Made by a program: the position numbers and the translations under genes. Of a stretch of 64,000 nt of DNA, positions 27,846 to 39,358 are shown piece after piece; position 1 is the first letter of the stretch; every line of letters starts with the position of its first letter. Source of the DNA: Bacteroidia bacterium. Its GTDB lineage: Bacteria; Bacteroidota; Bacteroidia; NS11-12g; UBA9320. The stretch is from the NCBI GenBank assembly GCA_049115575.1, contig JAGDZU010000004.1:83094-147093 (forward strand), in the 5' to 3' direction. Below the pieces are notes generated by a model, which was given only the letters and a program-made list of their open reading frames with translations, was not told the origin of the DNA and ran no database searches.

Positions 27846-29202
27846 GGTATTTTTCTTTTAAAGGTTGTACCAAGCGGTCAATATCTCCAGCACCCAAAGT
27901 GAGCAGTACATCAATTTTGTCAAACTCTAATTGATTAAACAGCTGATCTTTTTCTACCAAATGCTTATTGGGCATATCTATGAGTTCAAACAGAAATTTG
28001 GAGCTCACCCCTTCTATAGGTTTTTCTCTAGCGGGATAAATTGGCAGGAGGTATAACTCGTCTAAAGCTTGTAAGCTTTGAGCAAAGTCAGCTGCAAAAT
28101 CATTGGTTCTGCTGTATAAGTGTGGTTGAAAAATACCTACAATCTTCTTGTGTGGAAATAGTTCTCTTACGGAAGAAATAATGGAATCTAACTCTGAAGG
28201 ATGGTGAGCATAATCATCTATAAAGACTAAATCTTCTTCCTTAACAATGAATTCAAATCTTCGCTTAATACCCTTAAATTCGGCCAAGCCTTTTTTAATA
28301 ATCTCTTCAGAAATATCTGCCTTTGAGCAAATCACAGCAGCGGCTACAGCATTTTCAAGATTGTGGATACCGGGAATGTTCAAGTAGAGGTCTTTCATTA
28401 GAATATGATCTCCTTCAACTATACTGAAATAGGTGCCATTTTGCTCCCATCTTATAGCTGTAGCGTGATAATCACCAAGTACATTACTTGCGGCATAATT
28501 CGCTGATTTAATATCCAATTCACTTTGCATGGATTGTAGCAAATTGTCTTTGTCCAATTTAGACGCAAACTGACTAAAAGTGGCTTGAATCTCTTGTGCC
28601 GTACCGTATATATCTAAATGATCAGAATCAGTGGATGTGATTACCGCCCAAGTTGGATTGAGTTCTAAAAATGATCGATCATATTCATCCGCTTCTGTTA
28701 TGCTATAGTGAGCCCCTTCGCCTTCTTGATGATAGAAATTGGAGCCTAAATCCGCTGATATTCCACCAAGAAAAGCAGTAAACCTCTTGTTCGATCTCAT
28801 GAAAATGGCAGCTACCATAGAACTGGTTGTTGTCTTTCCATGGGTTCCTGCAACAGAAATATTTAGACTGTCATCAGTAACCATTCCTAAGACCTTAGAC
28901 CTTTTGAACAAATCAAACTGACCTAAGGTGAAGTACTGAAATATGATATTCTCGTTAGGTATAGCTGGAGTATAGACTATCAGTGATTGTTCTTTATTCT
29001 CTCTGATTTCAATTGGAATCTTTTCAACTTCGTCTTCAAATTGTATCTCCACTCCCTCTGCCATTAATTCATTAATCAACGGACTTGGAGTTTTATCATA
29101 ACCGTAAACTTTCTTACCCATTGCATTAAAGAACCGGGCCAGAGCACTCATTCCAATCCCTCCAACTCCAATTAAATAGTAATATGTATATACCTTATTC
29201 AA
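27838..29202 (-). CDS. murC: UDP-N-acetylmuramate--L-alanine ligase
   Basis: GVGGIGMSALA, AGTHGKTTT, EADEYDRSFL, DDYAHHP, FQPHLYSRT. Confidence 0.98.
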   Translation of the reverse strand: MNKVYTYYYLIGVGGIGMSALARFFNAMGKKVYGYDKTPSPLINELMAEGVEIQFEDEVEKIPIEIRENKEQSLIVYTPAIPNENIIFQYFTLGQFDLFKRSKVLGMVTDDSLNISVAGTHGKTTTSSMVAAIFMRSNKRFTAFLGGISADLGSNFYHQEGEGAHYSITEADEYDRSFLELNPTWAVITSTDSDHLDIYGTAQEIQATFSQFASKLDKDNLLQSMQSELDIKSANYAASNVLGDYHATAIRWEQNGTYFSIVEGDHILMKDLYLNIPGIHNLENAVAAAVICSKADISEEIIKKGLAEFKGIKRRFEFIVKEEDLVFIDDYAHHPSELDSIISSVRELFPHKKIVGIFQPHLYSRTNDFAADFAQSLQALDELYLLPIYPAREKPIEGVSSKFLFELIDMPNKHLVEKDQLFNQLEFDKIDVLLTLGAGDIDRLVQPLKEKYHG

Positions 29203-30277
29203 TTAGTTTCTCTATTTGGGTAAGTATCTCCTTGGCAGCATGAGGTTTGGCAAATGATTTTATCTCTCGTTCCAGAGCTTGAATTTTTGGTTCATCGTTC
29301 AACAGCTCATTGGCCATATTTATTAAATCATCCGCTTGTTTGTCTGGGCATAATAAAGCGGCATTCTTATCAACTAGACTTTGGGCATTTTTAGTTTGAT
29401 GGTCTTCTGCTGCGCTAGGCAATGGCACAAAAATGCAAGCCTTACTTAAGACAGCCAATTCTGAAATTGAAGTAGCACCGGCCCTACTTATAACTATGTC
29501 TGCAGCCCTATATGCCAAGTCCATTCTCTTAATAAATATGGTCTTAACTCCTTGCTCAAATGATCCAGTCTCGCCACCATAGCTCTTGCCTGTTTGCCAA
29601 AGCACTTGTGAATCACTTTGAAGATTTTCTATATGAGCTTCAATTCCAATATTAACAGAACGAGCACCTAAGCTTCCACCAATTATTAGAACCGTCTTTT
29701 TAGAAGGATCTAGACCAAAATGCTCCAATGCTGAAGCTTTGCTCGCATCTGAAGATGCCAAATTTTGCCTAATGGGGTTGCCAGTAATAACAATTTTATC
29801 AGCAGTGAAATATTTATCCATACCTGGATAAGCCACACAAATACAAGAAGCTTTGTTTTTCAATAATTTATTGGTGAGGCCTGGGAATGAGTTTTGCTCT
29901 TGCAACAATAAAGGTATACCTAAGCTCGAAGAAACATAGTTCAGAGGTCCACTTGCATATCCTCCAACACCTATAGTAATATCAGGTTTAAATCTCTTCA
30001 CCAATACAAAAGACTTGAACAGACTAGACAGAAGTTTGAATGGTAAAATCAGATTTCTCCAATCTAACGACCGCTGAAGTCCACTGATCCAAAGACCATG
30101 GATTTTATATCCTTCCGCAGGAACTTTTTCCATCTCCATTCTGCCCTTGGCTCCAACAAATTCAATATCGCTTGCTGGATACTTCTCTTTGATAGCATTT
30201 GCTATGGCAACAGCTGGGAAAATATGTCCCCCAGTTCCTCCCCCTGAAACCAATACTCTAGGCGCTTTCATTTTCAT
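29195..30277 (-). CDS. murG: MurG GlcNAc transferase
   Basis: GGGTGGHIFP, QEQNS, GGSLGA, SRAGA, DHQTKNA. Confidence 0.98.
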   Translation of the reverse strand: MKMKAPRVLVSGGGTGGHIFPAVAIANAIKEKYPASDIEFVGAKGRMEMEKVPAEGYKIHGLWISGLQRSLDWRNLILPFKLLSSLFKSFVLVKRFKPDITIGVGGYASGPLNYVSSSLGIPLLLQEQNSFPGLTNKLLKNKASCICVAYPGMDKYFTADKIVITGNPIRQNLASSDASKASALEHFGLDPSKKTVLIIGGSLGARSVNIGIEAHIENLQSDSQVLWQTGKSYGGETGSFEQGVKTIFIKRMDLAYRAADIVISRAGATSISELAVLSKACIFVPLPSAAEDHQTKNAQSLVDKNAALLCPDKQADDLINMANELLNDEPKIQALEREIKSFAKPHAAKEILTQIEKLIE

Positions 30278-31418
30278 CCTCCCTGTGCTGATAAATAGTC
30301 CTACTTGCGCTTAAGATGATTCCAAAAGCAATACTTGTAAATAAAATGGATGTTCCTCCTCGGCTCACAATGGGCAGTGCCAATCCTGTGACGGGTAGTA
30401 TATTAACTGCCACACCCATATTTATAAATGCTTGTATTACCAAGCTGAAACAGAGTCCTATGGCCATTAAGGCTGCCATTGAATTCTTGGTATGAATTAC
30501 TATTCTAAAGGCTCTATACAACAACAGCAGATAGAGTACAATTAATCCCAGCCCACCTAATATGGAGCCATACTCCTCTATGATTATAGCATAAATAAAA
30601 TCAGCGAACGGAGAAGGCAATAAATTCTTTTGTCTGCTATTACCGGGTCCCTTGCCCCATAGCTTTCCTCTGGCCACCGCTATTTTGGCTTGTTGATTTT
30701 GATATGTTCCGCCATCATCTGAATTCTCCATAAATGATTCTACTCTGGATTTCATGGTTTCTATACGACCAAATTCAACATCGTTGTTCCAGACGTAAGC
30801 AATCAAACTTCCAAAAATGATAGCGCCTATGCCAAACAACAACCCTAGTTGTTTTATGGGAATTCTCCCTATGAATAAAATGAGTAAACTCGTAAAGAAC
30901 AGTACTGCTGAAGTAGAAAAATCTTCTGGAAATATGAGTAAACATATTCCCATTATGATAGCCAATATTGGTAAAAAGGTCTTTTTAAAATCGTGAACCT
31001 CATGTTGCCGTTTAGCCATAAACCTGGCAACGAACATGATTAAGGCTAGCTTTGCTATATCGGATGTCTGTATAGTTAACCCAATGCCTGGTAAACTCAT
31101 CCAGCGCTTTGCATCATTAATCTCTACACCAAAAAACAAGGTGTAAAGTAAGAGTGGCACCGATAGAATTAAAAGAACCTGACTAAGCCTTGAGAAATAT
31201 TGAATATTCACCAGATGGGTTAGCCACATGGCGAATAAACCAAACAATAAAAGTGCTGTATGCTTAATTAAATAGTATTCTGTGTTTCCTCCTCTTTCTA
31301 CATAGGCCAAAGTTCCCGTACTGGAATAAACAGCGAGTATTCCAAATACCGATAGTATAAAGACTATGATCCATATTACTGGATCCCCTTTGAGATATGT
31401 ATTGAAGAGTTTTTTCAC
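30258..31418 (-). CDS. ftsW: SEDS peptidoglycan polymerase FtsW
   Basis: Multi-TM protein with GKGPGNS, DFIYAII.EE.G and PVTG..LP.VSRGG; in the dcw cluster. Confidence 0.95.
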   Translation of the reverse strand: MKKLFNTYLKGDPVIWIIVFILSVFGILAVYSSTGTLAYVERGGNTEYYLIKHTALLLFGLFAMWLTHLVNIQYFSRLSQVLLILSVPLLLYTLFFGVEINDAKRWMSLPGIGLTIQTSDIAKLALIMFVARFMAKRQHEVHDFKKTFLPILAIIMGICLLIFPEDFSTSAVLFFTSLLILFIGRIPIKQLGLLFGIGAIIFGSLIAYVWNNDVEFGRIETMKSRVESFMENSDDGGTYQNQQAKIAVARGKLWGKGPGNSRQKNLLPSPFADFIYAIIIEEYGSILGGLGLIVLYLLLLYRAFRIVIHTKNSMAALMAIGLCFSLVIQAFINMGVAVNILPVTGLALPIVSRGGTSILFTSIAFGIILSASRTIYQHREDENESA

Positions 31419-32758
31419 AGCTGTCTAACTGCTCTTTTGAATTTGTTACCTCTATCTTGATAGTTATCGAAAAGATCGAAACTGGCACATGCAGGTGAAA
31501 GCAATACCGTTTCTCCATTTTGTCCTAGACCATAAGCAAGATCTACGGCTTCTTCAGCCGAACCTGCATTAATCATCATATCTACATCTTTTCTAAATGC
31601 CTGATGTAGTTTCATGCTGTTTTCACCAAGGCAAATTATGATTCTAACTTTTTCCTTAACAAGAGGCTTAAGTTGCTCATAATCATTTCCTTTATCTACG
31701 CCACCAGCTATCCAAATAAGGGGTTTATCCATGCTTTCAAGGGCATACCATGATGCATTTACATTGGTGGCCTTGCTGTCATTAATGAAATTTATTCCTT
31801 TGACTTTTGCTACATGTTCTAGTCTGTGCTCTACATTTTTAAAATCAGACAGACTGTCTCTGATCATTTCCTTTCTAATAAGTAGTGAGTTAGCAATTAT
31901 GGCTGCTGCCATAGAATTGTAGGTGTTGTGCCTTCCGGCAATAGTTAGTTGATTGATTGACATTGTAAAGTTTATGTTTGGTTTTTTTAGACTAATATTT
32001 ATAGAGTCATCGCTGACCCATGCTCCCTCTTCCATCTCTGTGTTTTCATGAGTAAAGGGAATTCGTTGAGCTTGTACTCCAGCAGTTTCTATATGTGTTT
32101 TTATGGTTTCATCATCTAAGCAATAGATGAAGCGCTCTTGGCTACCTTGGTTCTGAGTAATTCTGAATTTTGATTTAACGTAGTCTTCAAAAGAGTTATA
32201 GCGATCTAAATGGTCTGGTGTGATATTCAATAGAACCGCATAATCCAGTTTGGTTTGGTACATACCATCTAGCTGAAAACTGCTCAATTCCAAGACGTAA
32301 TAATCTTTATCTTCAATAGCCACTTGCTTGGCAAAGCTTTGGCCCACATTACCAGCCAGACCTACATTTAACCCGGCTTTGCTAAGTAGATGATAGGTGA
32401 GCAGACTAGTGGTGGTTTTGCCATTTGTTCCCGTAATTCCTATGAGCACGGCCTTGGTATACTTGGCTGCAAATTCAATTTCGGAAATGATGTCTATTTT
32501 CTTTTGTTGAAGCTGTTGAACAATGCTTATATCATCAGATATACCAGGGCTTTTCACAACAAGATCTGCATCAAGAACTCGTTCTAGGGTATGCCCGTTT
32601 TCTTCAAATTCAATTTGGTTGTCACTTAATTCTTTAGCATAAGTCTCCCTTATTTTTCCAGCATCAGAAACGAATACATCCATTCCTTTAACATTCCCTA
32701 GAACAGCAGCTCCAACACCACTTTCTCCTGCACCTAATATGACGAGTTTGCTTTTCAA
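31415..32758 (-). CDS. murD: UDP-N-acetylmuramoyl-L-alanine--D-glutamate ligase
   Basis: [44 protein letters not shown]. Confidence 0.98.
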   Translation of the reverse strand: MKSKLVILGAGESGVGAAVLGNVKGMDVFVSDAGKIRETYAKELSDNQIEFEENGHTLERVLDADLVVKSPGISDDISIVQQLQQKKIDIISEIEFAAKYTKAVLIGITGTNGKTTTSLLTYHLLSKAGLNVGLAGNVGQSFAKQVAIEDKDYYVLELSSFQLDGMYQTKLDYAVLLNITPDHLDRYNSFEDYVKSKFRITQNQGSQERFIYCLDDETIKTHIETAGVQAQRIPFTHENTEMEEGAWVSDDSINISLKKPNINFTMSINQLTIAGRHNTYNSMAAAIIANSLLIRKEMIRDSLSDFKNVEHRLEHVAKVKGINFINDSKATNVNASWYALESMDKPLIWIAGGVDKGNDYEQLKPLVKEKVRIIICLGENSMKLHQAFRKDVDMMINAGSAEEAVDLAYGLGQNGETVLLSPACASFDLFDNYQDRGNKFKRAVRQL

Positions 32759-34009
32759 CTATCTGAGTTTGAAAGTGACTAGAGTGAATATGGCCAACAT
32801 GATTCCGACTATCCAGAATCGGGTGACTATTTTGGGTTCTGCATAGCCCAGTTTTTGATAGTGATGGTGAAGCGGTGACATCTTAAAGATTCGCTTTCCT
32901 TCACCTGTTCTATTCTTAGTGTATTTGAAATAACTCACTTGCATCATCACGCTTAGATTCTCTACCAAAAAGATTCCGCAGAGAATAGGAAGCAGAAGTT
33001 CCTTTCTGAGCATGAGGGCCATCACTGCTATAATTCCTCCAATGGCTAAACTCCCAGTATCGCCCATAAACACCTGAGCTGGGAATGAATTATACCAGAG
33101 AAAGCCTATACAGGCTCCTGTAAATGCAGCAGCAAAAATCACCAGCTCACTCTGATAAGGGATAAACATGACATCTAGATAATCAGCTAAAAGAATGTTA
33201 CCGCTTATAAAAGCCAATGCGGCTAAAGTGACTCCAATTATGGCCGAAGAGCCAGCAGCTAGCCCGTCTATTCCGTCCGTGAGATTAGCTCCATTTGAAA
33301 CTGCAACTATAACCACAATTACTACCAGCATATAAACCAGCCAAGCCCACTTATTAGCCGTTTCCTGGTCTAGCCAAAACAGCACTTTGGAGTAATCTAT
33401 CTCATGGCTTTTAACAAAAGGTATGGTGGTAGTAGTACTTTTATGATCTATGGTATAATAGAGTTGGTTGTTTATCTCTTTAACCTGAACTCCTTCTGGC
33501 GCTTCACTTTCATGAGCTATTTTTATTTGCTCTCTAACAAGTACGTTGTCGTTATAATAAAGACCCAGTGCAATTACTATGGCCAAACCAACTTGACCCA
33601 CTACCTTGAATTTACCTGCTAGACCCTTTTTGTCTTTCTTATATATTTTGATGTAGTCATCTACAAATCCAATCAAGCCAAGCCAAATGGTGGCAAACAG
33701 CATTAGGATAATGTATACGTTATTGAGTTTGGCAAAGAGTAAAGTGGGTATTACAATGGCAGCCAAAATGATAAGACCGCCCATAGTTGGAGTACCCTTT
33801 TTAGCGTTTTCACCATCCAAGCCAAGTTGTCTAATGGTCTCGGCAGCTTGCCTTCTACGCAACAGCTCTATTAATCTCTTGCCAAAAAGCAAGGAAATAA
33901 CGAGGGAGAGAATAACTGCCGCTGATGCTCTAAATGAAGTGTATTCAAACACTCCCGCTCCGGGCAAATCATACATTCTGTCTAGGTATTTAAAGAGATA
34001 GTATAGCAT
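32759..34009 (-). CDS. mraY: Phospho-N-acetylmuramoyl-pentapeptide transferase
   Basis: [37 protein letters not shown]. Confidence 0.98.
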   Translation of the reverse strand: MLYYLFKYLDRMYDLPGAGVFEYTSFRASAAVILSLVISLLFGKRLIELLRRRQAAETIRQLGLDGENAKKGTPTMGGLIILAAIVIPTLLFAKLNNVYIILMLFATIWLGLIGFVDDYIKIYKKDKKGLAGKFKVVGQVGLAIVIALGLYYNDNVLVREQIKIAHESEAPEGVQVKEINNQLYYTIDHKSTTTTIPFVKSHEIDYSKVLFWLDQETANKWAWLVYMLVVIVVIVAVSNGANLTDGIDGLAAGSSAIIGVTLAALAFISGNILLADYLDVMFIPYQSELVIFAAAFTGACIGFLWYNSFPAQVFMGDTGSLAIGGIIAVMALMLRKELLLPILCGIFLVENLSVMMQVSYFKYTKNRTGEGKRIFKMSPLHHHYQKLGYAEPKIVTRFWIVGIMLAIFTLVTFKLR

Positions 34010-35466
34010 TATTCTTGTATCAGTTTTAGATTACGGATGAGTACTTCTTTATCGTCAAATGGGTGTTTAACCCCTTTTACTTCTTGGTATTTTTCGTGGC
34101 CTTTACCGGCAACCAGTATTACATCTCCAGAGTCGGCAAGACTTATTGCAGCCTTTATTGCTTCTTCCCTGTCTGTTATTTTCAAGACCTTTTTAATGTG
34201 ACTGGCGCCTATACCAGACATCATTTCTTTTATGATTTCATCTGGAGATTCATTTCTAGGATTGTCTGAAGTGAGAATGACTTTGTTTGATAGTTTAGCT
34301 GCTATTTCAGCCATAATGGGCCTCTTGGCAGTATCTCTATTCCCTCCGCAACCAACTACACAGATCAATTGCTCGTTTTTGGTGCGAATAGCATTTATGG
34401 TATCCAATACATTCCTTAGAGCATCCGGAGTATGAGCATAATCCACTATGGCAGTCACCCCTTTATACTGCAAATGCTGAAATCTTCCTTCAACACTCTG
34501 CAATTCAGAAAGAGCCGTGATGACTTTAATGTGATCAATATTCAGCAAGAATGATGTGGCATATACAGCCAGAACATTATAGGCATTAAACTTACCAACC
34601 AGCCTCATCCATACTTCATCACCTCTTAAGTCGAGTAGCATTCCAGCTAAATCATGTTCTATTATCTTAGTCTTGAAATCACTAACAGAATTCAGGCTAT
34701 AGCTATACCTACTGGCCTTAGTATTCTGCACCATGATTTGACCGTTCTTGTCATCTCTATTATAAAGCGCAAAAGCATCTGCTGGTAGCTGATCAAAGAA
34801 CTTTTTCTTAGTATATAAATAAGACTTAAAATCTTTGTGATAGTCTAAATGATCATGTGTGATATTTGTAAAAACTCCACCCCTGAAATTGATGCCCGCA
34901 ATCCGGTTTTGGTCAATAGCGTGAGAACTCACTTCCATAAAGGCGTAGTCACAGCCTCCCGCTTTCATCTCTGCTAAAAGTTCTTGAATTCGAATGGCAT
35001 TTGGAGTGGTATGAGTGGAAGTATAGTCTGTTCCATTTATGGCATATTTAATAGTAGATAGTAATCCAACTTTATAGCCCATAGAAGCGAAACTTTCATA
35101 GAGCATAGTGGCGATTGAGGTTTTGCCATTAGTTCCTGTTATGCCAACAACAGCCATGTCCACAGATGGTCTTCCATAAAATGCGGAAGCGATAAAACCC
35201 AAGGCAATAGAGCTGTCTTCAACAACTACAAAGCATTTGGCGCTGACCCCTTCTGGTATACGTTCACAAAGAATCACACTCGCACCCATGTCTATGGCCT
35301 TACCTATATAATCATGCCCATCCACCTGGGAACCAGACAAAGCAGCAAAAAGACCAGCAGTCCTAATTTCTCTGGAGTCTAAACTCAAATGGTCTACGGC
35401 AACATTGTCATCACCAACTATGCGTTTAATCTCCAATTCAGCTATGAGTGCATTCAGTTTCTTCAT
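34009..35466 (-). CDS. murE: UDP-MurNAc-tripeptide (meso-DAP) ligase
   Basis: [27 protein letters not shown] (DAP specificity), AGKGHE. Confidence 0.98.
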   Translation of the reverse strand: MKKLNALIAELEIKRIVGDDNVAVDHLSLDSREIRTAGLFAALSGSQVDGHDYIGKAIDMGASVILCERIPEGVSAKCFVVVEDSSIALGFIASAFYGRPSVDMAVVGITGTNGKTSIATMLYESFASMGYKVGLLSTIKYAINGTDYTSTHTTPNAIRIQELLAEMKAGGCDYAFMEVSSHAIDQNRIAGINFRGGVFTNITHDHLDYHKDFKSYLYTKKKFFDQLPADAFALYNRDDKNGQIMVQNTKASRYSYSLNSVSDFKTKIIEHDLAGMLLDLRGDEVWMRLVGKFNAYNVLAVYATSFLLNIDHIKVITALSELQSVEGRFQHLQYKGVTAIVDYAHTPDALRNVLDTINAIRTKNEQLICVVGCGGNRDTAKRPIMAEIAAKLSNKVILTSDNPRNESPDEIIKEMMSGIGASHIKKVLKITDREEAIKAAISLADSGDVILVAGKGHEKYQEVKGVKHPFDDKEVLIRNLKLIQE

Positions 35467-37526
35467 AGACCTAATTGTAAAAAGATGGTTCTTCCTTTTG
35501 TTGCTATTTCTCCAGCACGAGGACTTTGCCTTATCACTCGTCCGTATCCAGACATCTTTACTTTGTACCCTTCCGATTCCAACAGGTATACTGCATCTCT
35601 TACACCCATTCCGCGTATGTCTGGCATAGTGAAGTCCTCTAGAATTACCTGCTCAGAAGTAGATGTGTCTTTATAAATCATTCCGTCATAGGTTTCACCT
35701 ACAGAACCGGAACTGATCAATTCATTCAGAGTATTAAAATCGCTACCATATCCCTTTAGGCTTGGAGCAGGCATTAAGGTATCTGTGTTTAAATCTTGAA
35801 GAACACTGATGGTGAATATCTTTTCTGCCAATTCCTTGAATACCGGAGCTGCTACATAAGATGCATAGAATACACCTGCACTTGGTTTATTAATCACAAC
35901 TATGACTGAATAAACTGGATTATCGGCTGGAAAATGCCCAACGAAACTGGCATTGTATTGTCTTCTAGCTTGATAACCAGCACTACTGGCAATTTGAGCA
36001 GTTCCTGTTTTTCCACCCATGCTAACCACATCAGATTTGATGTTTCTGGCTGTTCCAACCAAAACTGTTTCCTTAGTAAAGTCCAAGATTTGAGTTGAGG
36101 TCTCTTCCGAGCAAACCCTTGTAGGATCTTGCTCTTCTTCATAGTCTTTATCCACTATGCCTGCATCACTTACCCTACTCACCAAAGAGGGCTTCACTAA
36201 TATTCCACCATTGATAACTGCATTGTATGCTGTGAGCACTTGAAGCGGTGTATGTTGATTTTCATAACCAATGGCTAACCAGGGCAAAGCCAAACTAGAC
36301 CAAGACTTAAAAGAGGGCTGATTTAGGTAGGGATCTGGTTCACCTAATATTTTTATGCCAGTTTTTTTATGAAGCTCAAGTCGTTTGAGATGAGCTATAT
36401 AGTCTGCTGGTTTCTTTTTGTAGTTATCATAAATAACAGATGAAAATATCACATTAGATGAGCGAGCAAAGGCAGACTTAAAACTGAGTTTTTTGTACTT
36501 CCCTATATCAGAATCCTTCATAGGTCTTCCTGAATACATACGCACTCCATTGTAAAGGTCAAGCGTGTCGTCTGGACTAATAATGCCATCTTCCAAAGCG
36601 GCCATTGCTGAGAAAACTTTAAATACACTTCCTGGCTCTATACTTTCACCTATAGCATAATTGTATGCTTCTCTTGGACCTGTTTCTTCGTCGTTTTTTA
36701 AATTTACTATAGCCTTAACCTCTCCTGTTTTGATATCCATAATCAGTACGCAACCATGATCTGCTTTGTGCTTAACTATAGCTTTGGAAAGCGCCATATG
36801 CGCTATTTCTTGAAAATCTACATTGAGGGTGGTATGAATATCCTGACCATTTTGAGGCTCAATCAAGTTGTCTGCATTTAAAGGTCTATAGCCTCCAGAT
36901 ATTTTTTGAACTAGCCTAGAACCACTAACTCCCGCTAGTACTTCGTCGTATTCTCTTTCCAAACCAACGCCTGGATTGTCTTTTGTTCTGTACCCTATGG
37001 TTCTATATGCCAATTGACCAGCTGGCCTAACTCTTCTTGTTGTGAGCAGAGAAATCATTCCTCCCTTATACCTACCCATTCTAAAGATTGGCCATTGCTT
37101 CATAGCTTGCCATTCATTGTAGTTCGCCCTTCTTCTAATGAGCATATATCTACTCCCCTTATTTCTCGCTCGAACAAGTTTGTTCTTATAGTAAGAAGCG
37201 GAGTATTCCGGATAAAGTCGAGCCATTTGCTCTGCCAAGGCACCCACAAACCGATTGAAACTATCTCTATCTACTACGGTAGGATCAAAACGCACTTCAT
37301 AGCTCGGCATGGAAGTAGCCAAAAGACTACCATTGTCTGAGTAGATATTGCCCCTAGTTGGGCTGATCTCTTGTTTTTTAATGGAGGTGCTATCTGAAAG
37401 ACTTAGCCACTTATCACCTTCTTTGATCTGAATGTGAAGCATTTCATAAGACACCCAAAGTCCAAAAAGTACAACTGCAGCAAAGCAGATGGCGACGCGC
37501 CATAATATGCTTTTCTTAATGTTCAT
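35463..37526 (-). CDS. ftsI: Class B penicillin-binding protein FtsI with C-terminal PASTA domain
   Basis: RGNIYS, EPGSVFK, SSN, GKTGTAQ and PASTA MPDIRGM. Confidence 0.95.
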   Translation of the reverse strand: MNIKKSILWRVAICFAAVVLFGLWVSYEMLHIQIKEGDKWLSLSDSTSIKKQEISPTRGNIYSDNGSLLATSMPSYEVRFDPTVVDRDSFNRFVGALAEQMARLYPEYSASYYKNKLVRARNKGSRYMLIRRRANYNEWQAMKQWPIFRMGRYKGGMISLLTTRRVRPAGQLAYRTIGYRTKDNPGVGLEREYDEVLAGVSGSRLVQKISGGYRPLNADNLIEPQNGQDIHTTLNVDFQEIAHMALSKAIVKHKADHGCVLIMDIKTGEVKAIVNLKNDEETGPREAYNYAIGESIEPGSVFKVFSAMAALEDGIISPDDTLDLYNGVRMYSGRPMKDSDIGKYKKLSFKSAFARSSNVIFSSVIYDNYKKKPADYIAHLKRLELHKKTGIKILGEPDPYLNQPSFKSWSSLALPWLAIGYENQHTPLQVLTAYNAVINGGILVKPSLVSRVSDAGIVDKDYEEEQDPTRVCSEETSTQILDFTKETVLVGTARNIKSDVVSMGGKTGTAQIASSAGYQARRQYNASFVGHFPADNPVYSVIVVINKPSAGVFYASYVAAPVFKELAEKIFTISVLQDLNTDTLMPAPSLKGYGSDFNTLNELISSGSVGETYDGMIYKDTSTSEQVILEDFTMPDIRGMGVRDAVYLLESEGYKVKMSGYGRVIRQSPRAGEIATKGRTIFLQLGL

Positions 37527-37824
37527 CTTCTATGACCTTGATTCTTTGAACTGCTCTATTGGGCTCCTTAACTCCTCTTCCTTCTAATCTTTGCTCTATG
37601 TTAGATCTGGAGCGTTTTTGAATGATTTCAGACTTGAGTGTGATATTCTCAGCCCTTAACTCTACCAATTCTTTTTCAGCCTTGTCTATATCTCTAACTA
37701 TATTGTCCGTTCTATGTGTGAGATAGATATAAACGAGAGCCAAACCACCTAAGAAAAGAAGGTAGTTGATCCATTCAGACGTTAATCTGATCTCTGTACC
37801 TTTAGTTTCTTTTTCTTTACTCAT
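37516..37824 (-). CDS. ftsL: Cell division protein FtsL (Bacteroidota type)
   Basis: TM helix followed by a coiled coil; located between rsmH and ftsI. Confidence 0.8.
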   Translation of the reverse strand: MSKEKETKGTEIRLTSEWINYLLFLGGLALVYIYLTHRTDNIVRDIDKAEKELVELRAENITLKSEIIQKRSRSNIEQRLEGRGVKEPNRAVQRIKVIEDEH

Positions 37825-38729
37825 CAGACTCGTTCAGCTATTCTTAGTTTGGCGCTACGCGCTCTATTATTCTTTGCTAACTCTTCTTCGGATGCTACTA
37901 TTGGCTTTCTGTTTACAGCCTTAAAGCATTGATTCCATTGACCAAATGAATCCACCTCTTTTTTACCCTCTACATTCCCGTGATTAATTAGATTTTTCAC
38001 CAAACGATCTTCAAGAGAATGGTAAGACATTACTACAAGTCGACCACCTTGGGCAATCCAAGCAGGCACTTGATTCAATAAATCCTTCAATGCTTCCATC
38101 TCGCCATTCACTTCAATTCTAACAGCTTGGTATATCTGTGCTAATTGCTTGTTCTTTTGCCTAGGATTTAAAACCGAGGTAACGGCATCCTCTAAATCTT
38201 CAACCTTTTCTATAGGTCTCAACTTGCGGTATTCGCAAACGGCTCGAGCCACGGAAGGCGCGTTTTTCAACTCCCCATATTGCCTAAATAAGCTGGTGAG
38301 TTTGTATTGATCATAGTTGTTTAGTATATCCTTGGCGCTGATTTTAGCCTCAGCATTCATGCGCATATCCAGCTCTGAACCTTCAAATCGAAACGAGAAG
38401 CCCCTATCACCTTCATTAAACTGGTGCGAGCTCACTCCAAGATCGGCGAGCAAGCCATCTATTTTTTCTATTCGGTAGTACGTACAGAAATTCTCTAGAT
38501 ACCTGAAGTTGGCTTCACAGAAAATCAATCTCGGATCGTCTATCCTATTCTTAACCGCATCAGAATCCTGGTCAAAGACCATCAGAACTCCTTTATCGTC
38601 AAGCTTGTTGAGTATAGCTTTGGCATGACCGCCGCCGCCGTAAGTTGTGTCGACGTAGACACCGTTGGGTTTTATGTTTAATCCTTCAAGACATTCTTCC
38701 AGCATTACGGGAACGTGATAATCAGTCAT
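37824..38729 (-). CDS. rsmH: 16S rRNA m4C1402 methyltransferase
   Basis: HVPVML, DTTYGGGGH, DLGVSSHQ, LDMRM, SYHSLEDR, RARSAKLR. Confidence 0.98.
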   Translation of the reverse strand: MTDYHVPVMLEECLEGLNIKPNGVYVDTTYGGGGHAKAILNKLDDKGVLMVFDQDSDAVKNRIDDPRLIFCEANFRYLENFCTYYRIEKIDGLLADLGVSSHQFNEGDRGFSFRFEGSELDMRMNAEAKISAKDILNNYDQYKLTSLFRQYGELKNAPSVARAVCEYRKLRPIEKVEDLEDAVTSVLNPRQKNKQLAQIYQAVRIEVNGEMEALKDLLNQVPAWIAQGGRLVVMSYHSLEDRLVKNLINHGNVEGKKEVDSFGQWNQCFKAVNRKPIVASEEELAKNNRARSAKLRIAERV

Positions 38730-39195
38730 CCATTCCCTCCTCTCCTGGTTGACCCATCACATCTTCCGCTAAATCAGAAAACTCATCGGCGTCAATTTGC
38801 ATCATTTCATCATAGAGTTTCTTACTCCATATTTCTATCCTGCTTCCGTAGGCATAAAAGACCGCTCCCCCATCAAGCTCGGCATAATCCATTAGCTTCT
38901 TGGGAATCAAGATCCTGGAGGCCTTATCCGTTTGAACTTCTGTAGCGCCATTGCTGAATTGCCTAATAAACATTCTGTGGCGTTTGTTAAAATGATTTAA
39001 ATGCCCAAGCCCACTCAATTCTTTATCCCAATCTTTTCTAGTATAGAGTGTTAGGCACTTCTCAAAGCCCCTGTTAACCACCATTTTGCCAATAGCATCT
39101 TTAGGCAATTGCTTTTTGAGTCCAGCAGGAATAACAACACGGCCTTTAGCGTCTAGCTTACATTCAAACTCTCCTATGTAAAGTGGATTCTTCAG
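38722..39195 (-). CDS. mraZ: Transcriptional regulator MraZ (probable CTG start at 39195; the ORF track uses GTG at 39255)
   Basis: GEFECKLDAKGRVVIP, RGFEKCL, D..SRILIP, IEIWS. Confidence 0.95.
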   Translation of the reverse strand: MKNPLYIGEFECKLDAKGRVVIPAGLKKQLPKDAIGKMVVNRGFEKCLTLYTRKDWDKELSGLGHLNHFNKRHRMFIRQFSNGATEVQTDKASRILIPKKLMDYAELDGGAVFYAYGSRIEIWSKKLYDEMMQIDADEFSDLAEDVMGQPGEEGMDD

Positions 39196-39234
39196 TTTTT
39201 GGCTCTTTAAAGGCGTAAAAATAGCATCAAATCT

Positions 39235-39259
39235 CCCACTTTCCCCCACTTTCACCCAC
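39235..39259 (-). promoter_or_regulatory. MraZ operator: three GTGGG boxes at 10-bp period
   Basis: Minus strand GTGGGtgaaaGTGGGggaaaGTGGG, directly upstream of a -7-like box TATTTTTA at 39216-39223. Confidence 0.85.
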
Positions 39260-39358
39260 TTTTATTCAGACATAATCCACAGCAGATCATCACGCGCTGA
39301 TTTACAGGCTGTTATAAAGTGGGGCATGAAAAATTAACTGTTTAAATGATGGCTGGAA

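Noticed and set aside
24440-39195. Absence of murF, murB and ddl from the dcw cluster, and many short antisense ORFs
   Set aside because: This gene order is normal for Bacteroidota, and the antisense ORFs are shadows of conserved genes.
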